From Diplonema japonicum (taxonomy: Eukaryota; Protista; Euglenozoa: Diplonemea): 64,000 nt of DNA. The notes beneath the pieces are model-generated. The model saw nothing but the letters and a program-made list of their open reading frames with translations. It was not told the origin of the DNA and did not search any database. The stretch is taken from the NCBI GenBank assembly GCA_964019335.1, contig OZ025682.1, positions 248,001-312,000 on the forward strand. Direction: 5' to 3'. A program made the position numbers and the translations under genes. Shown here piece after piece: positions 32,573 to 45,238 of the stretch (positions are counted from its first letter, which is position 1; every line of letters starts with the position of its first letter).

Positions 32573-33540
32573 TGGGGGTGGGGGGGGGGGGGATAAACAA
32601 ATGTAAATCATAAGGTCTTGAGTGACTTCCTGAAGAAAAAAAAAACGAGGGGAAAAAAAGAAAAAAAAGGGGCATGAGAGGGACACTGATGGGCGGAAGG
32701 GGGTTCAGGAGATTACTTCGACGTTGCTCCAGAATCCACACTATGTGGGTCTCTTTAATTTTTACGATATAATGTACAGCAGAAGAAAAAAAAAAGAAAA
32801 AAAAAAGAGGGGAAAAAAAAAAAAAAAAAAGCATTGTGCTCATCCTGGTGGCATTTTTCACGGAAAAGAAAAAAGAAAATATTATTACCTTATGCAAAAA
32901 AAAAAAAAAAAAAAAAAAAAAAGAAATTGGCGACTTTATTCTTTTTAGTTTTTATTTTTTTTTTTTATTCGTGCGAAACAACGAAAATAAAAGGATTTTT
33001 TTTTTTTTTTTGGCTTGGCACAATGACGCTGTATTTCTATGTCTTAAATTTCACACTCCGAAAGCCTTCAATGGCTTGTCTAGAAGAAAGAGAGAAGGGG
33101 GGACACGAGCAGTTCTGTAGTTTCTTTGGGGGGAGGTGAAATGCAAAAAAGAAACAAAGGGGACTAATGGAATGAAGTTTTTTTTTTCTTTTTTTTTTTT
33201 GGCTCTACCATTCTTTTTTCTTCTCTTTCCGTCATTGCTGCTAGTTCTCCCCTTGAAAGTCGCAGCTCTTTCTTTTTCTTTTCTTTTTTTTCTTCCCCCG
33301 GTGGGTTGTTGTTTAACACTACCCCCGCCCATCATAGTGACCCATCCCCTTATTACGTTTTTACTTTTATTTTCTTTCAGTTCCCCCCACCCCCCCTTTG
33401 GATTTTTTCATGCTCTCATACACACCCTCTTCCCCCATTAAAAAAAAAAGATTTTTTTTTTTCTTCTTTCCATAACATTTTTTTTTTGTTAGTAAAAAAA
33501 AAAAAAAAAAAAAGCCAAAACATTACAGCGAAATACACTC

Positions 33541-33930
33541 ATGGAAATATGGAAAAGGGAGTCAGCCACGTGCTCTGAATGGGAGGTGGACCAAAAAAAG
33601 ACGCCTGAGGAGGTAATTGAGGATCACGTAGAAAGGTTGAAGGAGAGCATACATCGAACAAAGTTGCTGGAGGCCCGACGGCAGGTCATCCCGAGCATCC
33701 CCGAGGACACCAGCACCCTAGGGACGGAAGCTGCTGTACAACGCAGTCTTGCCGCCGCAAGAAAGACTCTGCAAGCCCTGCGGCACAGCTCTCATGAAAC
33801 GGGTTTCTACAGCGAACTGGAGTGCAACAAGGCCGAGTCCTGCTTGACGTCACACGAGATGACCTCACTGCGACAGCAAATCGACTCCTACGTCAAAAAA
33901 ATCTCCGGAACACAAGAAATATTTGTACAA

Positions 33931-33936
<6 letters not shown>
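33541..33936 (+). CDS. Hypothetical protein, 131 aa
   Basis: Coding-like ORF between homopolymer spacers. Confidence 0.55.
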
Positions 33937-33975
<39 letters not shown>

Positions 33976-34048
33976 TTTTACCCCCCCCCCCCCCCCCCCC
34001 CTCCACATAGTCAATATGTATTTCTTCAAAAAAAAAAAAAAGGAGGGA

Positions 34049-35401
34049 ATGCAAGATAAGACCCCTGTGGTCAACAATGTTGATGAAGAAGTGACCACCC
34101 TGCTCGAGCGGGAAAAAAGCCTCAAAAATGGTTTGGTGCGATGGATCGGAGCTTTGGTGGTGGTTTTCCTGCTGGCGATGGAAGCCATGGGGTATCAAGC
34201 CTTGCTCCCCGCGTTGTACGCGAGCAGGCAGTTTGAGTGGCTGTGCGACGATCAAGACATAATGAACAAGACAGGTGGGAACTCCGAAGCAGCGTGCAAC
34301 GCACAACAGGCAAAGCTAGACCTCATGTTCACTACAGCGTACGTCGGCCTTAATGTCGCTGCGTTCCCGTTGGCAATGTTACTGCACCGGTACCCTGCTA
34401 GATACATCACACCACTGGCCTTTGCGTTGAAAGCCATCGCTTATGTCTTGTTGGCAATAAGCACAGACGGTGCTTCTGCTTGGATGGGGAACGACAATGT
34501 ACAGTATCTTGCCATACCAGCGTACGGTTTGATTGCATCGTTGGGTTTAGGTGCTTCATTACCGTTCTTAGACCTGCCCCCGTTGCTGTTTTCAACAGCG
34601 TTTCAAATCGGTCTCGCCAATACATCTTTAATGGGATCTGCTGACGCATCGTCTTTCATGTATTTCGCTATTCGGGAGGTGTACTTGAACACGGGTGTCG
34701 GGCTTCGGTGGATGTTCTTAGGGTACGCAGGGTTGACGGTTTGCGGGTCATATTTCTCGTACAGAATTTTGTGTCTGAAATCCGAGGTTGATCCAGTGTT
34801 GGTTCCCCGTGAACCACTGCTTCCCAGAATGCTTGCGAACAAGTTCATTGTCATCACGTTCTGGCACTCTGCTTTCTTCGTGATGAAGTATTTTTACATG
34901 ACGAACATTTTAGCGGAAAGCCAATGGCTGACAGGGTCCCACGACGAGGCTTATCGTTTAAACACTGTTTTCAGCGTGGTCCTACCCGTAACAGGGTTGT
35001 TGACACCTTTGGTGGGATGGCTTCTGTCAAAAGGTATGCGGGTGTCGATTTTGGCGAACACCTTGCTTGTGCTTCTTATCTTGCTGTCGAGCACCATCAA
35101 GAATCAGGTCCCTCTTGCCTATATCATGCTGTTCTCTGTAGCAGCCTCCAGGTTCATGGTCTTCAGCATCGTGCCCACGCTGATGGCGCACCCGAAGTTT
35201 TATGGTTCAGAGGGTTCGGTCTTCTTCTCTCTCGCTACCGGCGTGGCCGGGGTCGCTTCAATGATCAACTTCGGTCTATCAAGCTACTCACGCCACGAAG
35301 ACTCATACTATCTGGTAAACATCTCCCTAGCCGTGTGCTGCCTTGTTGCTACAGGGGTCCTTTACGCACACTTCATCAAACACGACATCGATAAGATGTA
35401 A
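34049..35401 (+). CDS. MFS transporter, SLC43/LAT3-like, 450 aa
   Basis: About 12 hydrophobic segments. GYQALLPALY..FEWLC..CNAQQAKLDLMFT follows the first-loop pattern of the SLC43 family. Confidence 0.75.
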   Translation: MQDKTPVVNNVDEEVTTLLEREKSLKNGLVRWIGALVVVFLLAMEAMGYQALLPALYASRQFEWLCDDQDIMNKTGGNSEAACNAQQAKLDLMFTTAYVGLNVAAFPLAMLLHRYPARYITPLAFALKAIAYVLLAISTDGASAWMGNDNVQYLAIPAYGLIASLGLGASLPFLDLPPLLFSTAFQIGLANTSLMGSADASSFMYFAIREVYLNTGVGLRWMFLGYAGLTVCGSYFSYRILCLKSEVDPVLVPREPLLPRMLANKFIVITFWHSAFFVMKYFYMTNILAESQWLTGSHDEAYRLNTVFSVVLPVTGLLTPLVGWLLSKGMRVSILANTLLVLLILLSSTIKNQVPLAYIMLFSVAASRFMVFSIVPTLMAHPKFYGSEGSVFFSLATGVAGVASMINFGLSSYSRHEDSYYLVNISLAVCCLVATGVLYAHFIKHDIDKM

Positions 35402-35490
35402 TTTAGAAACGCAATATTTTTTTTTTTTTTCTCTTTTTTCTCTCCCTTTCTAAAAAAAAAGAAAAAAAGGGGGAACCAAAAAAAAAAAAA

Positions 35491-38252
35491 ATGTTGGAAG
35501 GGACGTTGGAAAAACGGGGCAATTGGCGAAGATGGGCACCAATAGCACTGCGGTTGACAGGGAACCAGCTGGCGGTGGTGGACTTGACTGCTGCTGGGAA
35601 GCCGTCAAAGGAGGTTGCCGTGGTTGCGCACGTGGAAGGTATAAACAGCAAGCAAAAAAACGAAGAATTTGCATTCACGGTGCACTTTGAAGGAGGCGTG
35701 AGCAAAAAGGGTATATTGGGTGGAAAGGAAACGAAGTGGGTTTTAAAAGCATCATCCGGAGAACAATATGACAAGTGGATGACAGATCTAGTTGCAGGAG
35801 TCAAGGGCGCAAAACCAACCGAGCAGCCACAACAACAACAACAACAACACCCACTAAACACACCGCCGGTTCCAGCAAACGGTGACTTCTCGTTCGGGCT
35901 CCCACCATTCGATCCCAGAACAGACCTCCCGATCGCCTCTGTTCCACAACAATATTCGGTTCCGTTTGCTTTCCTTCGAATGGCGGTTATTCACTGGATG
36001 GACAAGGTAAAATGCCTGGAGTCCGATTTCGGCACGGAAGAGAATGTTGCAGTGCTTGGAGATAAATGTGTGTACCTTTGTTCAGAGACAGCAGATGTCC
36101 GTCGGTGTATCAAGGTTGTGGATATCCAGAAGGTTCTTGTGGCGCAGGATGGCAAGAAGGACCTTTATATCATTCTCGTCCTCCCTGAGAAAATACAGGT
36201 GGAGGGCAAGCCGAACTGCCCCGAGTTCGATTTGATGTTCCACTGTCCCGACATCAAGAGCTTCGTCCGGTACCTTCGAACCGTCTATATGCATCAGACA
36301 CAAGGTTCGATGCTTCCCCTCGAACAGCTCCGCGACAAGAACCAGCTTGAAAACGAAATCCGATTGAAGAAACCGGAAGGGTGGTCTTTAAAGTATAACA
36401 ACAACACACAAAAAAAAAAAAAATTTTTTTAAAAAAAAAAAAAAAAAACAAATAGTTACTGGCAGCCGATGTTGAAGGAGCATTTGAAGACGGTGTTAGA
36501 TATGTGGGAGAAGTCGAACAAGTTCGAGGAAAACGAAAAATTTAAGCAAAAGGTTGCGAGCATGCTTGACTCAAACGATGTGTTGGGGCCTCCCCCTGAT
36601 ACACCAACTCCACCACCATACACACCATCGAAACATGTCGATCCCGAAACCACCGACAAACAAGAAGAACCGACAGTTTCAACAACACGCGAAACAGAGA
36701 CAGCCTCAGAAGATATAGGCCCTATGATAACAGATCTCCCGCCTGGTGGAGAAGCCGATCCGTTGGGAAGGTTTCTGCAACAAGCCGGCTTAGCGCAGTA
36801 CTATGAACCACTCTCTGAGAATAATATAACACTGGACCTCCTGAACAGCGGTTTGATCGACGATGTTGATTTGCAACATTTCGGTGTGGCGATCCCAGGA
36901 CACCGAGCGAGGATACTGTCGCGTTCAAAGGACCCCGCTCACATCGACGCGGCAAAGAAAACCCCTGAAACAAAACCTCTTCTCCTCAACGACGATCTCG
37001 ACCTAGATCTCGATCTCGATGACGATGACAAAAAAAAATCTAAACCCAAAGACGTCTTCGACGATTCTCTTTTGGACATGGATCTTGGAGACGTTCTTGG
37101 TTCTACTGCCACGGATAAATCCGTTTCAAAAATCCCGGATTCGTTCAACAAGGAGGAGGCCAACGGGAGATCTGCAGTTCAAACCCAAGAAGCGGCAGAT
37201 CGTGGGGACATCGAAGCCGCTCATAACGCATTCGCACCAACCGTCGCAGAATGCGACACTTCACAACCTTTGGGAAAATTCCTCAAAGCCCTCAAACTCC
37301 CCCAATACTACGGTTACCTCAGTGAACGGGACATCACACTTGAAACCCTTGCCTGCGGGCTTGTTGACAACGATTCTTTAAAACTGTTTGGAATCGACAA
37401 CGCTGACCATCGTGTCACCATTCTCAAAGGTCTTGAAGACAAGGACCTTGTCGGCGATGAAGGGCTCGACTGGATCACCACAACAGAAGACCCCATAGAA
37501 CCCCTTAAACGCCTTGAATTCTCCACAAGAACCGACATCAAAGATCTTCAAATCTCAACCCGTACCACTCTGATCACACGTTTCACCGAAGAGATGCCAG
37601 CACCCACTGATATTGACGACACCGACCCTCTTGCAAGGTTCTTGAAGGCCATCGGCCTACCCCAGTACTACTGGGGGCTCACCGCGAAGGATATGACGCT
37701 TGATGTGATGACGTCTGGGCTAGTCGATGAGGACGACTTGAAGAATCATTGCGATATCGATAACGCTGCTGATCGAAAGAGGCTGCAGGCGGCGTTGAAG
37801 GACAAAAAGTTGATCGAGGCAGCAACGGAAGGTGGTGACCTTGCACAGTGGAGCGTGGCGGGGGCTGCAAGGAACAGAATTGTTGAGTCGCAGAATAAAA
37901 TTTTGGTATGAAAAAAAAAAAAGAAAAAAAAAAAAATTAAAAAAAGGAAATTGGCGGGTTGACCATCGATGATGATCTTCTTGGCGGTGTTCCTCCGCCT
38001 GCTGCTGCAGCTTCGCCTCCCAAGGCAGCTGCCGTGCCTGTGGCAAAAGCGGAGGTTAAGGCAAAGCTTGATGATGATGAGGATCTTCTTGGTTCTGTTG
38101 CGCCCCCTCCAGCCGCGGCACCAGTAGACTCTGTTGACGACGATCTACTTGGCGGTGCGCTGCCTCCTACGCAACCCCCTCCGCCTGCTTCCGCGGACGA
38201 TGATCTTCTGGGAGGCCCTGCACCTGTTGCAGGCGGCGACATAGAATTGTGA
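35491..38252 (+). CDS. PH-domain + three SAM-domain protein with acidic DDDLLG repeats, about 885 aa; join(35491..36392,36456..37905,37947..38252)
   Basis: N-terminal PH (LEGTLEKRG.W..W..VLKASS..YDKWM). Three LGxFLxxxGLxQY..DL..GI..xHRxxIL SAM-like repeats. Two GT-AG introns join three track ORFs. Confidence 0.75.
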
Positions 38253-38692
38253 GTGTTTTTTTTCTTTTTTTTTTTTTTTTTTTTTTTTCCCAAAGTGTCT
38301 ACATACGGATTTTTTTTTTGTTTTTTTTCGAAGCAATTCTTTTTTTAACTAAAAGGAAAAAAAAAAAAAAGAAGGTGAGAGAGAGAGCAAGAGAGAGAGA
38401 GAAAAATATTTAAAAAAAAAAGAAAGTAATGATGCGTATATTCTTTTTTTTTTAAAGGGAGAGGGGGTGAACGAGAATACGGGAGGTAAAAAAAGGAGAG
38501 AACTAGGGAGGGGGGGGGGGGGGGGGGGAACTTAATCTCTTTTAAAACAGTGATTTGAATTTTAAAAAAAAAGGGGAAACCACAAGAAAAAAAATCTGGT
38601 CTACAATTTGTTGTTCTTCTTCATTCCCCCCCCCCCCCCCCCCCCTTCTCCAACAAGATTTTTTCAAAGCAACAAAAAAAAAAAAGAAAACC

Positions 38693-39751
38693 ATGCGCAA
38701 TGTGCCCATTCTGGATGCGTCTCAAGTGGTGAAGTCGCCTATTTTACCATCTTTGCATGTTTTAGATGACCTGTTCTGTAGGTCCCCGCCATCGGATAAA
38801 GCGTCAGTGTGGGTAGGTGCTGCTGACACAGTGAAAAAGGTGCTTAACGACGTTGGTAAGACATCCAAAGTAAAAAGGGTGAGAAGGGTCAAGAGGTGTG
38901 TAAAGAAGATCCAACGGACCTGGCGGGCCTACTGGATCCGCGTGAAATGGGGATTTGTTGTATCGCTGGCAATGTGGAAAAACAAGCAGGATTTCGCCTT
39001 GGTGGCGGAACGGGGAAGGATAGCAAAAAAAGTCAAGGCGGGCATCCCAGCATCATCTAACTGCACCGCATTCACCGCAAACAGCATCGTCACACCCACG
39101 CAAGCATATTCTGCAATTCTAACCATCCACAAGAAGCAAAACAAAATCTTCAGAAAAGAACTCAGAGACTGGATAGACGAGTACTCCTCTCGAGAGACCG
39201 AATGCACACAGTATATTCGAAGCATAAACACACAGGTAGCTACCTGGGGTAATTGCTTTGAAGGTTGCGTTGCGCAAAATGCCATCGCAAAGATCCGCAA
39301 AAGCTTGCATGAAATCTATGAAAAGCTCCCTGAACGGAGCATCATCAAGGCAAGGGACATCTCACGGGTGGCGTTGAGGCCTGTTGCCGTCACGCCGCAG
39401 AGATCGCCTTCAAGCAGGTGTTCCATAGTTTTGGAGCCTACCCACGGGGCGCAGACCCCTCCTGGAGATAGTTCGTTTTTACCGCAGATGTCTAAAAGGA
39501 GAGCTTCCTTGTCGGCTGATACGCCTGTTCGGGCTTATGGTTCGCGGCGGTTAACTTTGGCGCGGGCCTCCTCTGAGTCAAACACTCCACGGGGGAGCAA
39601 TACCCCCCGGCCTGGGTCCAAGTCTTTTTTGCCCACACCGCCAGGCACACCGCCCCCGCAGGGGTTCTCACCGCAGCCTTCCCCTCCTAGCACCGCAATA
39701 AGGGAAAGCCCCAGGAGGCGTGTGTTCCGGTCGTTAAGTGGGAAGATTTGA
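38693..39751 (+). CDS. Hypothetical protein with IQ-like motif and S/P-rich tail, 352 aa
   Basis: KKIQRTWRAY motif; long ORF. Confidence 0.65.
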   Translation: MRNVPILDASQVVKSPILPSLHVLDDLFCRSPPSDKASVWVGAADTVKKVLNDVGKTSKVKRVRRVKRCVKKIQRTWRAYWIRVKWGFVVSLAMWKNKQDFALVAERGRIAKKVKAGIPASSNCTAFTANSIVTPTQAYSAILTIHKKQNKIFRKELRDWIDEYSSRETECTQYIRSINTQVATWGNCFEGCVAQNAIAKIRKSLHEIYEKLPERSIIKARDISRVALRPVAVTPQRSPSSRCSIVLEPTHGAQTPPGDSSFLPQMSKRRASLSADTPVRAYGSRRLTLARASSESNTPRGSNTPRPGSKSFLPTPPGTPPPQGFSPQPSPPSTAIRESPRRRVFRSLSGKI

Positions 39752-40275
39752 AAAAAAAAAAAAAAAAAAAAAAAAAGTGAGGGTTTCTATCCTGATATAA
39801 TATATTTAATTTTTTTTTATTCCCCATGAAATACACTCGTCTCTATCTCTCTTTTTTTTTTTTTTTTTTTTTTTTATTCCGTCCTGCCACATACCACAGG
39901 TACCCTTAAATGTCTCTTCTTTTTTATATATATATTTTTTTTTATCGTAACGCACGCCATAGACCCAAGTGGAAAGTGGTGTGCGCCCGTAGACCCAAGT
40001 GGAATGTTGTGTTTCTTTCTTTTTTTCTTCTTCTTTTTATTATTTGTATTTTGTGAGCATTTATTACTTATCTCTCCTTTTACATGGTTCGGTTTTTTTG
40101 TTTTTTTGGGCGCCGCCAACACCGGCCTCCTTTAACTCATATATATATTTTTTTTTTTTATTTATACGAGCTCTCACCGTAACAGGTATAATTGGATGCC
40201 GTTTTTTACTTAGAAAATCTCCTGGTTTCTTGTTTACACTATTTTCCGGACGGGCTCATATTCAAATGCAACATG

Positions 40276-40313
<38 letters not shown>

Positions 40314-40682
40314 GAAAATAAAAAACTTGTATTCTTTTTGTGCCGAGTAAGGATTACCTTCTTCGAGCGAAAAAAACCCAAAAAGAAAAATGAAAAATTT
40401 AAAAAAAAAGAAAGTTTTTACCATGTTTTTTTTTTCCCCCCTCCCCTTCCACTTCAATGAACTTTTTTTTTCCCCTCCATATTTTCCTTTTCTTTTTTCC
40501 GTACAAAGTCAGAATAAAAAAAAAATAAAAACAATGAACGAATCAAGAACGGGGGGTGGGAAAGAAGTGAGCAAAAAAAAAAAAGAGGGGGGATGCTTGT
40601 ATGTAAATTCAAACAACAAAAAACCCCTTTTTTTTTGCTACCGAAATAAAAAAAGAAAGTCATAACACGTAATATCATCTTT

Positions 40683-40713
<31 letters not shown>

Positions 40714-41731
40714 CGAATGAGAAAAAAAAATGCAGAAGTAGGTTTTTTTTTTTTTTTTATAATATAAAAAAAAAAAAAAAAAAAAACAAGTAAGAGATGA
40801 ACGGGGGTGCCAAAAAGAGAGGGGAAAAAAAAAGAAAAAAAAAAAAAACAACAAGGAGCGCAGATGTACGGTTAACCCCCTCAATAGGTGGGCCCTTATC
40901 TACGTACTTGTTTTCTTTTTTACGTGCCACATCCACTCAATTCTCTTTTTTCAAAATATATACAGAAAATATTTATCTAGCTTCTCTAAAAAAGGCGATT
41001 TTTTTTTTTTTTTGATTCTTCAAATACACTTCTTTGTTTTCGTTATTTAGTTGTAAAGTTTTTTTTTATTATTTGTCATTTCTCTGTGGTGAACTCATCC
41101 TCAGTGATTAAGAACAAAAAAGAACGTTCAGCCTGCCAATTTCTCATAGTTGGCAACTGCTAAATAAGTTCTTGGTGCTTCTCTGGATTTCCCCCCTCTT
41201 TTTTTCTATGTGTTGAACATTATTATTATTCTTTATTTTTTATTTTTTTACTCGCCGCGTAGCTTTCGGTAGATCAAAATCGGTTGACACTTCATTTTTT
41301 TTTTCTTCTTCACTCTGCGCCGACTTATCATGGGCTCCGGTATTTTACCAGGAAGTATCTTTTTTTTTTTTTTTTATCTCTTCTTCTTTTCCCTTTTTCT
41401 TTTTTTTTTTATTCCCATTCCTTTTTTTTAGCGGGTTAGAGGTTGGAAGGAAGCGAGCACTTTCTTCATCGAGACGAAACTTGCCCCCTGACCACGCCTT
41501 GGGAGCAGGGGAATCGAAAAAAAAAGGAAAAAAAAAAAAAAAGAAACTATGAAATGTCTTAGCGCAAAAAAAAAAAGAAGAGAGAAAAAAACTCTGATTT
41601 CTTCGGTTCCCTCCCCTCTTCTTTCATTTCATTTACCCCCCCCCCCCCCGTCCCTTTTTTTGCACGCAAAACGCAAAACAAAAAAAAAAAAAAAGGTAGA
41701 GCGAGGGGGAAAAAGAAAAAGAAAATATTAC

Positions 41732-42221
41732 ATGAAATGCAGATATTGCGGGAAAAAGGGGGAGCACTTCTCAAGTAACTGTGCTAATAAACCCGAATGG
41801 GCTAAGGGGGGAGAACCACCCCCTCCTGAATGCGATGTACTTGAGGAAGGCGAGGTATATTCCCTAGACACACACACACACACACACACACCAGATCGAG
41901 GCTTCAGAACGAGCACTGGGCGACCTACAAGAATACAACCTACAAGAAAAAGGGTACCTGTCCCCAGAAGCACCAGCATCTTTGTTGCAAGCATTGCAAC
42001 CTGACGTCTCTGTCGCAATACCACCCTTAGCCACCCTTCGAGAACAAATGGCACACCACTGGATTCCTCAAATGGACGATCTCTACAAAAACAAAGGAAA
42101 GGTTGTAAGGGCACTGAGCACAAGGAATATACTGGTAGAATTCGAGTACGAGCCCACAGTGAATACAATAAGCACTGCAAGGCTCACGTTGCCTGCGGTT
42201 TGCTTGGAGCCTGTGGGATAG
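41732..42221 (+). CDS. CCHC zinc-knuckle protein with possible Mind-bomb-type SH3 repeat, 149 aa; join(41732..41854,41895..42221)
   Basis: CRYCGKKGEHFSSNC. A 40-nt (CA)n-rich intron joins it to HWIPQMDDLYKNKGKVVR..NILVEF. Confidence 0.65.
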
Positions 42222-42316
42222 ATTTTAAAAAAAAAATTTTTTTTTTTTATTACGCCCTCCCCCCCCCTCGCCTCCCCCAGGGGAAAAAAAAAAAAAAAAA
42301 AAATGCTAAAGAAGAA

Positions 42317-42679
42317 ATGTTTCTTTGTACGTCATTGCTGAGCTGTATGGTGGTTCTTGCAACACACCCTTTGCGGCTGCCCAACTCTGACTCTTGCATT
42401 CACCCGTCCACGAATTACACAGATGTTTGCTTCCCTACTCGTTGTGTGCATTTGTTCTCAAGAGATGTCGACGGCAAGCTAGTTCCCACCCCCACCGGGG
42501 GGTACCCTCAGGTGTACGGGGGCTTCAAATGTGAAGTCCATGTAGTGCAGGCGCAGCAAAGTGCCTTCCAACTGACGTGTCTGCGTGCTGTTTGCTCTTG
42601 TGTGTCGCAGAATATCCAGGGGGTCTACCCTTCCTGCATCCCTGCAAGACGGAATCATTGCAACCAGCATGTTTGTTAA
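42317..42679 (+). CDS. Small Cys-rich putative secreted protein, 120 aa
   Basis: Hydrophobic N-terminus MFLCTSLLSCMVVLA and many Cys. Confidence 0.55.
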   Translation: MFLCTSLLSCMVVLATHPLRLPNSDSCIHPSTNYTDVCFPTRCVHLFSRDVDGKLVPTPTGGYPQVYGGFKCEVHVVQAQQSAFQLTCLRAVCSCVSQNIQGVYPSCIPARRNHCNQHVC

Positions 42680-42874
42680 GTCTGGGGGGGAGGAAAAAAG
42701 GAAAGAAAAAAAGGGGCATTTATATGTCTTTGGAAGAAAAGGAGGGGGGGAAAATATAATAAAAGTTTGTCCGATTTTTTTTTTTTTTTTTTGCTTTTCT
42801 CGCTTTTTTTTTTTTCTCAAAACAAAAACCCTCCCCCTCCCCTCAGGTTAAAACTCTTTTTTAAAAAAAAAAAA

Positions 42875-43113
42875 ATGGCAAAGTCAAAGAACCACACCAA
42901 CCACAACCAGAACTACAAGGTATGAAATGGGAGGGGAAAAAAAAAAGAGAAAAAAAAATTTTTTTTTCCTTCTAGGCTCACCGTAACGGTATCAAGAAGC
43001 CCCAGAGGGAGAGATACATCTCCAGGAAGGGTATGGAGCCTAAGTTGAAGAAGAACATGCGATTCTCGCTGAAGGGCTCGCTCAAGGCCCGCAAGACCGA
43101 GACCAAGAAATAG
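42875..43113 (+). CDS. RPL29: 60S ribosomal protein eL29, 60 aa; join(42875..42919,42976..43113)
   Basis: [15 protein letters not shown]|AHRNGIKKP after removing a 56-nt GTATGA..CTAG intron. Absent from the ORF track. Confidence 0.95.
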
Positions 43114-43186
43114 GACCCCACTTTTTTTTTTGATTTAACCCCCCCCCCCCGCAACTTTTTCTAAAAATACAAGTATACCTTACAGA

Positions 43187-44188
43187 ATGACGGGAGAAAA
43201 GAAATATGCGACATTATTAGATGTAAACAGAGTTGTAGCGGGGGTGCTGGTGGAAAGGACGAAACCGCAGTGCTTGGCGGTCCTCTCATCGTTCATCGAG
43301 GGGAGGGAAACAACACAAGTAGATGACGACGACGAAAATCTACCCTTATCAGACGACCTCTCGGTCATTGTAAGCGTTTTATGTTCAAAAGACGCAAGAA
43401 AATGCTTGCCAACCGTCAGAATGCTCCTAACCGTGATAAAAATCTGTTCTAGAAAACAATCAAATCAGATAACAGTCCATCGTGGGACAATCACAACTCT
43501 TTTAAACCACTTGGAAGCGGGTTTAACCGACCAAGATTATCTAGGCTGCGTGGAAGCCACCGCAGCACTTTCCAACTACACTTCCAACAAAAACATCTCT
43601 TCTATTCTCATCACTGCCATACCGCAGTACAACGCTTGTTTGAAGGCGGGCAACATCCCTTTACTCGAAACGTCTTGTTCAGCTCTTCAAGGGTTGACAA
43701 TGCAAGTAGAGGCGAAGAGGGGCGCTGTTGAACAGGGTACACTACACATTCTGCTTTCATTGCTGCACTTATATTCCGATGGGGAGTCGGATTCAGCAAC
43801 ACTTTTATCCATTTTAGGTGCTCTGCACAATATAAGCACGCATATTTCATCTCCTGCGGTTTACAGGGAGACGGACAGTATTGCGCTGATCGTGGGTTTT
43901 CTTGAGAACGGCAATGGGGCGGTGCGGCGGGCAGCGGCGGGTATTATTCAGTCACTTTCCCGTGAGGCGGAGAGCCTGCAGACGCTCGCTTCTTTCGATG
44001 CGTCCTTGCCCCTCACGAACCTTCTCTCCGATCCAGATGTCGCCACTCAGGTCGCATCATTGCAAGCATTGCTCAACATGCACGGGTCATGTATTGAGGC
44101 TTCACAGAACCGCGACGCGTTCAAAAGTGTGCTTGCTTGTGTCATAGCCTCGTCGGCGTTGCGGGACTCGTACTGCCCGCAGCCTTGA
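43187..44188 (+). CDS. Armadillo-repeat protein, 333 aa
   Basis: Repeated A..AL.NL/I-S and L..LL helical motifs (EATAALSNY, LGALHNIS, AAAGIIQSLS). Confidence 0.75.
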   Translation: MTGEKKYATLLDVNRVVAGVLVERTKPQCLAVLSSFIEGRETTQVDDDDENLPLSDDLSVIVSVLCSKDARKCLPTVRMLLTVIKICSRKQSNQITVHRGTITTLLNHLEAGLTDQDYLGCVEATAALSNYTSNKNISSILITAIPQYNACLKAGNIPLLETSCSALQGLTMQVEAKRGAVEQGTLHILLSLLHLYSDGESDSATLLSILGALHNISTHISSPAVYRETDSIALIVGFLENGNGAVRRAAAGIIQSLSREAESLQTLASFDASLPLTNLLSDPDVATQVASLQALLNMHGSCIEASQNRDAFKSVLACVIASSALRDSYCPQP

Positions 44189-44239
44189 TGGGGGGAGGGA
44201 AGGGGGATATAATGAGGGGTATTATTCTTTTGAAGAAAA

Positions 44240-44278
<39 letters not shown>

Positions 44279-44590
44279 GCGGTTCCTGCGTGTGTGACAC
44301 CCTTACTTTTTTTTATTTTTAACTTTTCACTAAAAGAAAAGAAAAAAAAAAAAAGAAAAGAAAAAGAAATTTTTCTTCCCGCAAATAAAGAGCAAACACC
44401 CACCTGGGTAGAAATGCAAGTCGCCAGCGACTGCACCCTGAACAGACCCTGAATGGTAAGACCATTTCTTGCCGTCCAGCAAAGACAGATCCCTATGGGA
44501 ATTTTACAAGAAACTGTCTGTTGTTTACACTGTGGCCTTCCAAGGAAAAAAAAAAAAAAAGTGGAAACATCAGAAGGGAAGAAAAAAAAA

Positions 44591-45238
44591 ATGAGCGAGA
44601 AGGGTAATGACAAGGGTCTCTCATGGTACAAGCACAGAGAATGGCAGCCTGGCGATGATGCTGCACCCGTGGCGGAGCCGCAGAAGGTGAAGCAGTCTGT
44701 GGAGGCATCGCCCACGGGGTCGCACAGTGCGTGGAACAGTGCTGGGACCTGGGAGGAGCAGGGGCAAAAGACATGGGCTGTAAGCAGCTTAAACGAACGA
44801 CTTGAAAAGCTTGAAGGACCTGGTGCGAAGGTGAAATCCGTAACCATCACGGGGGACGCTTCCATAAATTTCATCAGAGGAAAGAAAAAATACCCGTTCG
44901 ACTTCAAGTTGGAGGTTTGGATTTAAAAAAAAAAAAAAAAAAATCCAAATAATCCCAGTTTAAAATCAGCTGCAGCGATGACCTTCATCAGTGCGAGGTA
45001 GAAATACCCGACTTCGCTTGCGATGAAACTGCCCCTTACGAGATGGACTTCACCTGGAAAGGAGACTCAAGAGAACAAAAATTCAAGGAAGCGGTAGGGG
45101 CCTCGTCCAAGCAGGTATGAAAAATACTATCTGGAAATTTTTTTTTTTCTTTTCCCCCAGGTAAACAACTCCGAGGGCCTGATGGCAAAGGTGCACACTG
45201 AACTCGAGGCTTGGATAGAAGACTTCAAGAAGAGATAA
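44591..45238 (+). CDS. Activator of Hsp90 ATPase (Aha1) N-terminal-domain protein, 185 aa; join(44591..44914,44959..45114,45161..45238)
   Basis: SAWNSAGTWEE, ITGDASI..IRGKKKYPFDFKLE and VEIPDF. Two GT-AG introns. Confidence 0.8.

Noticed and set aside
39960-40003. 15-bp direct repeat TAGACCCAAGTGGAA x2
   Set aside because: Only two copies with a 14-bp gap; most simply a local duplication.
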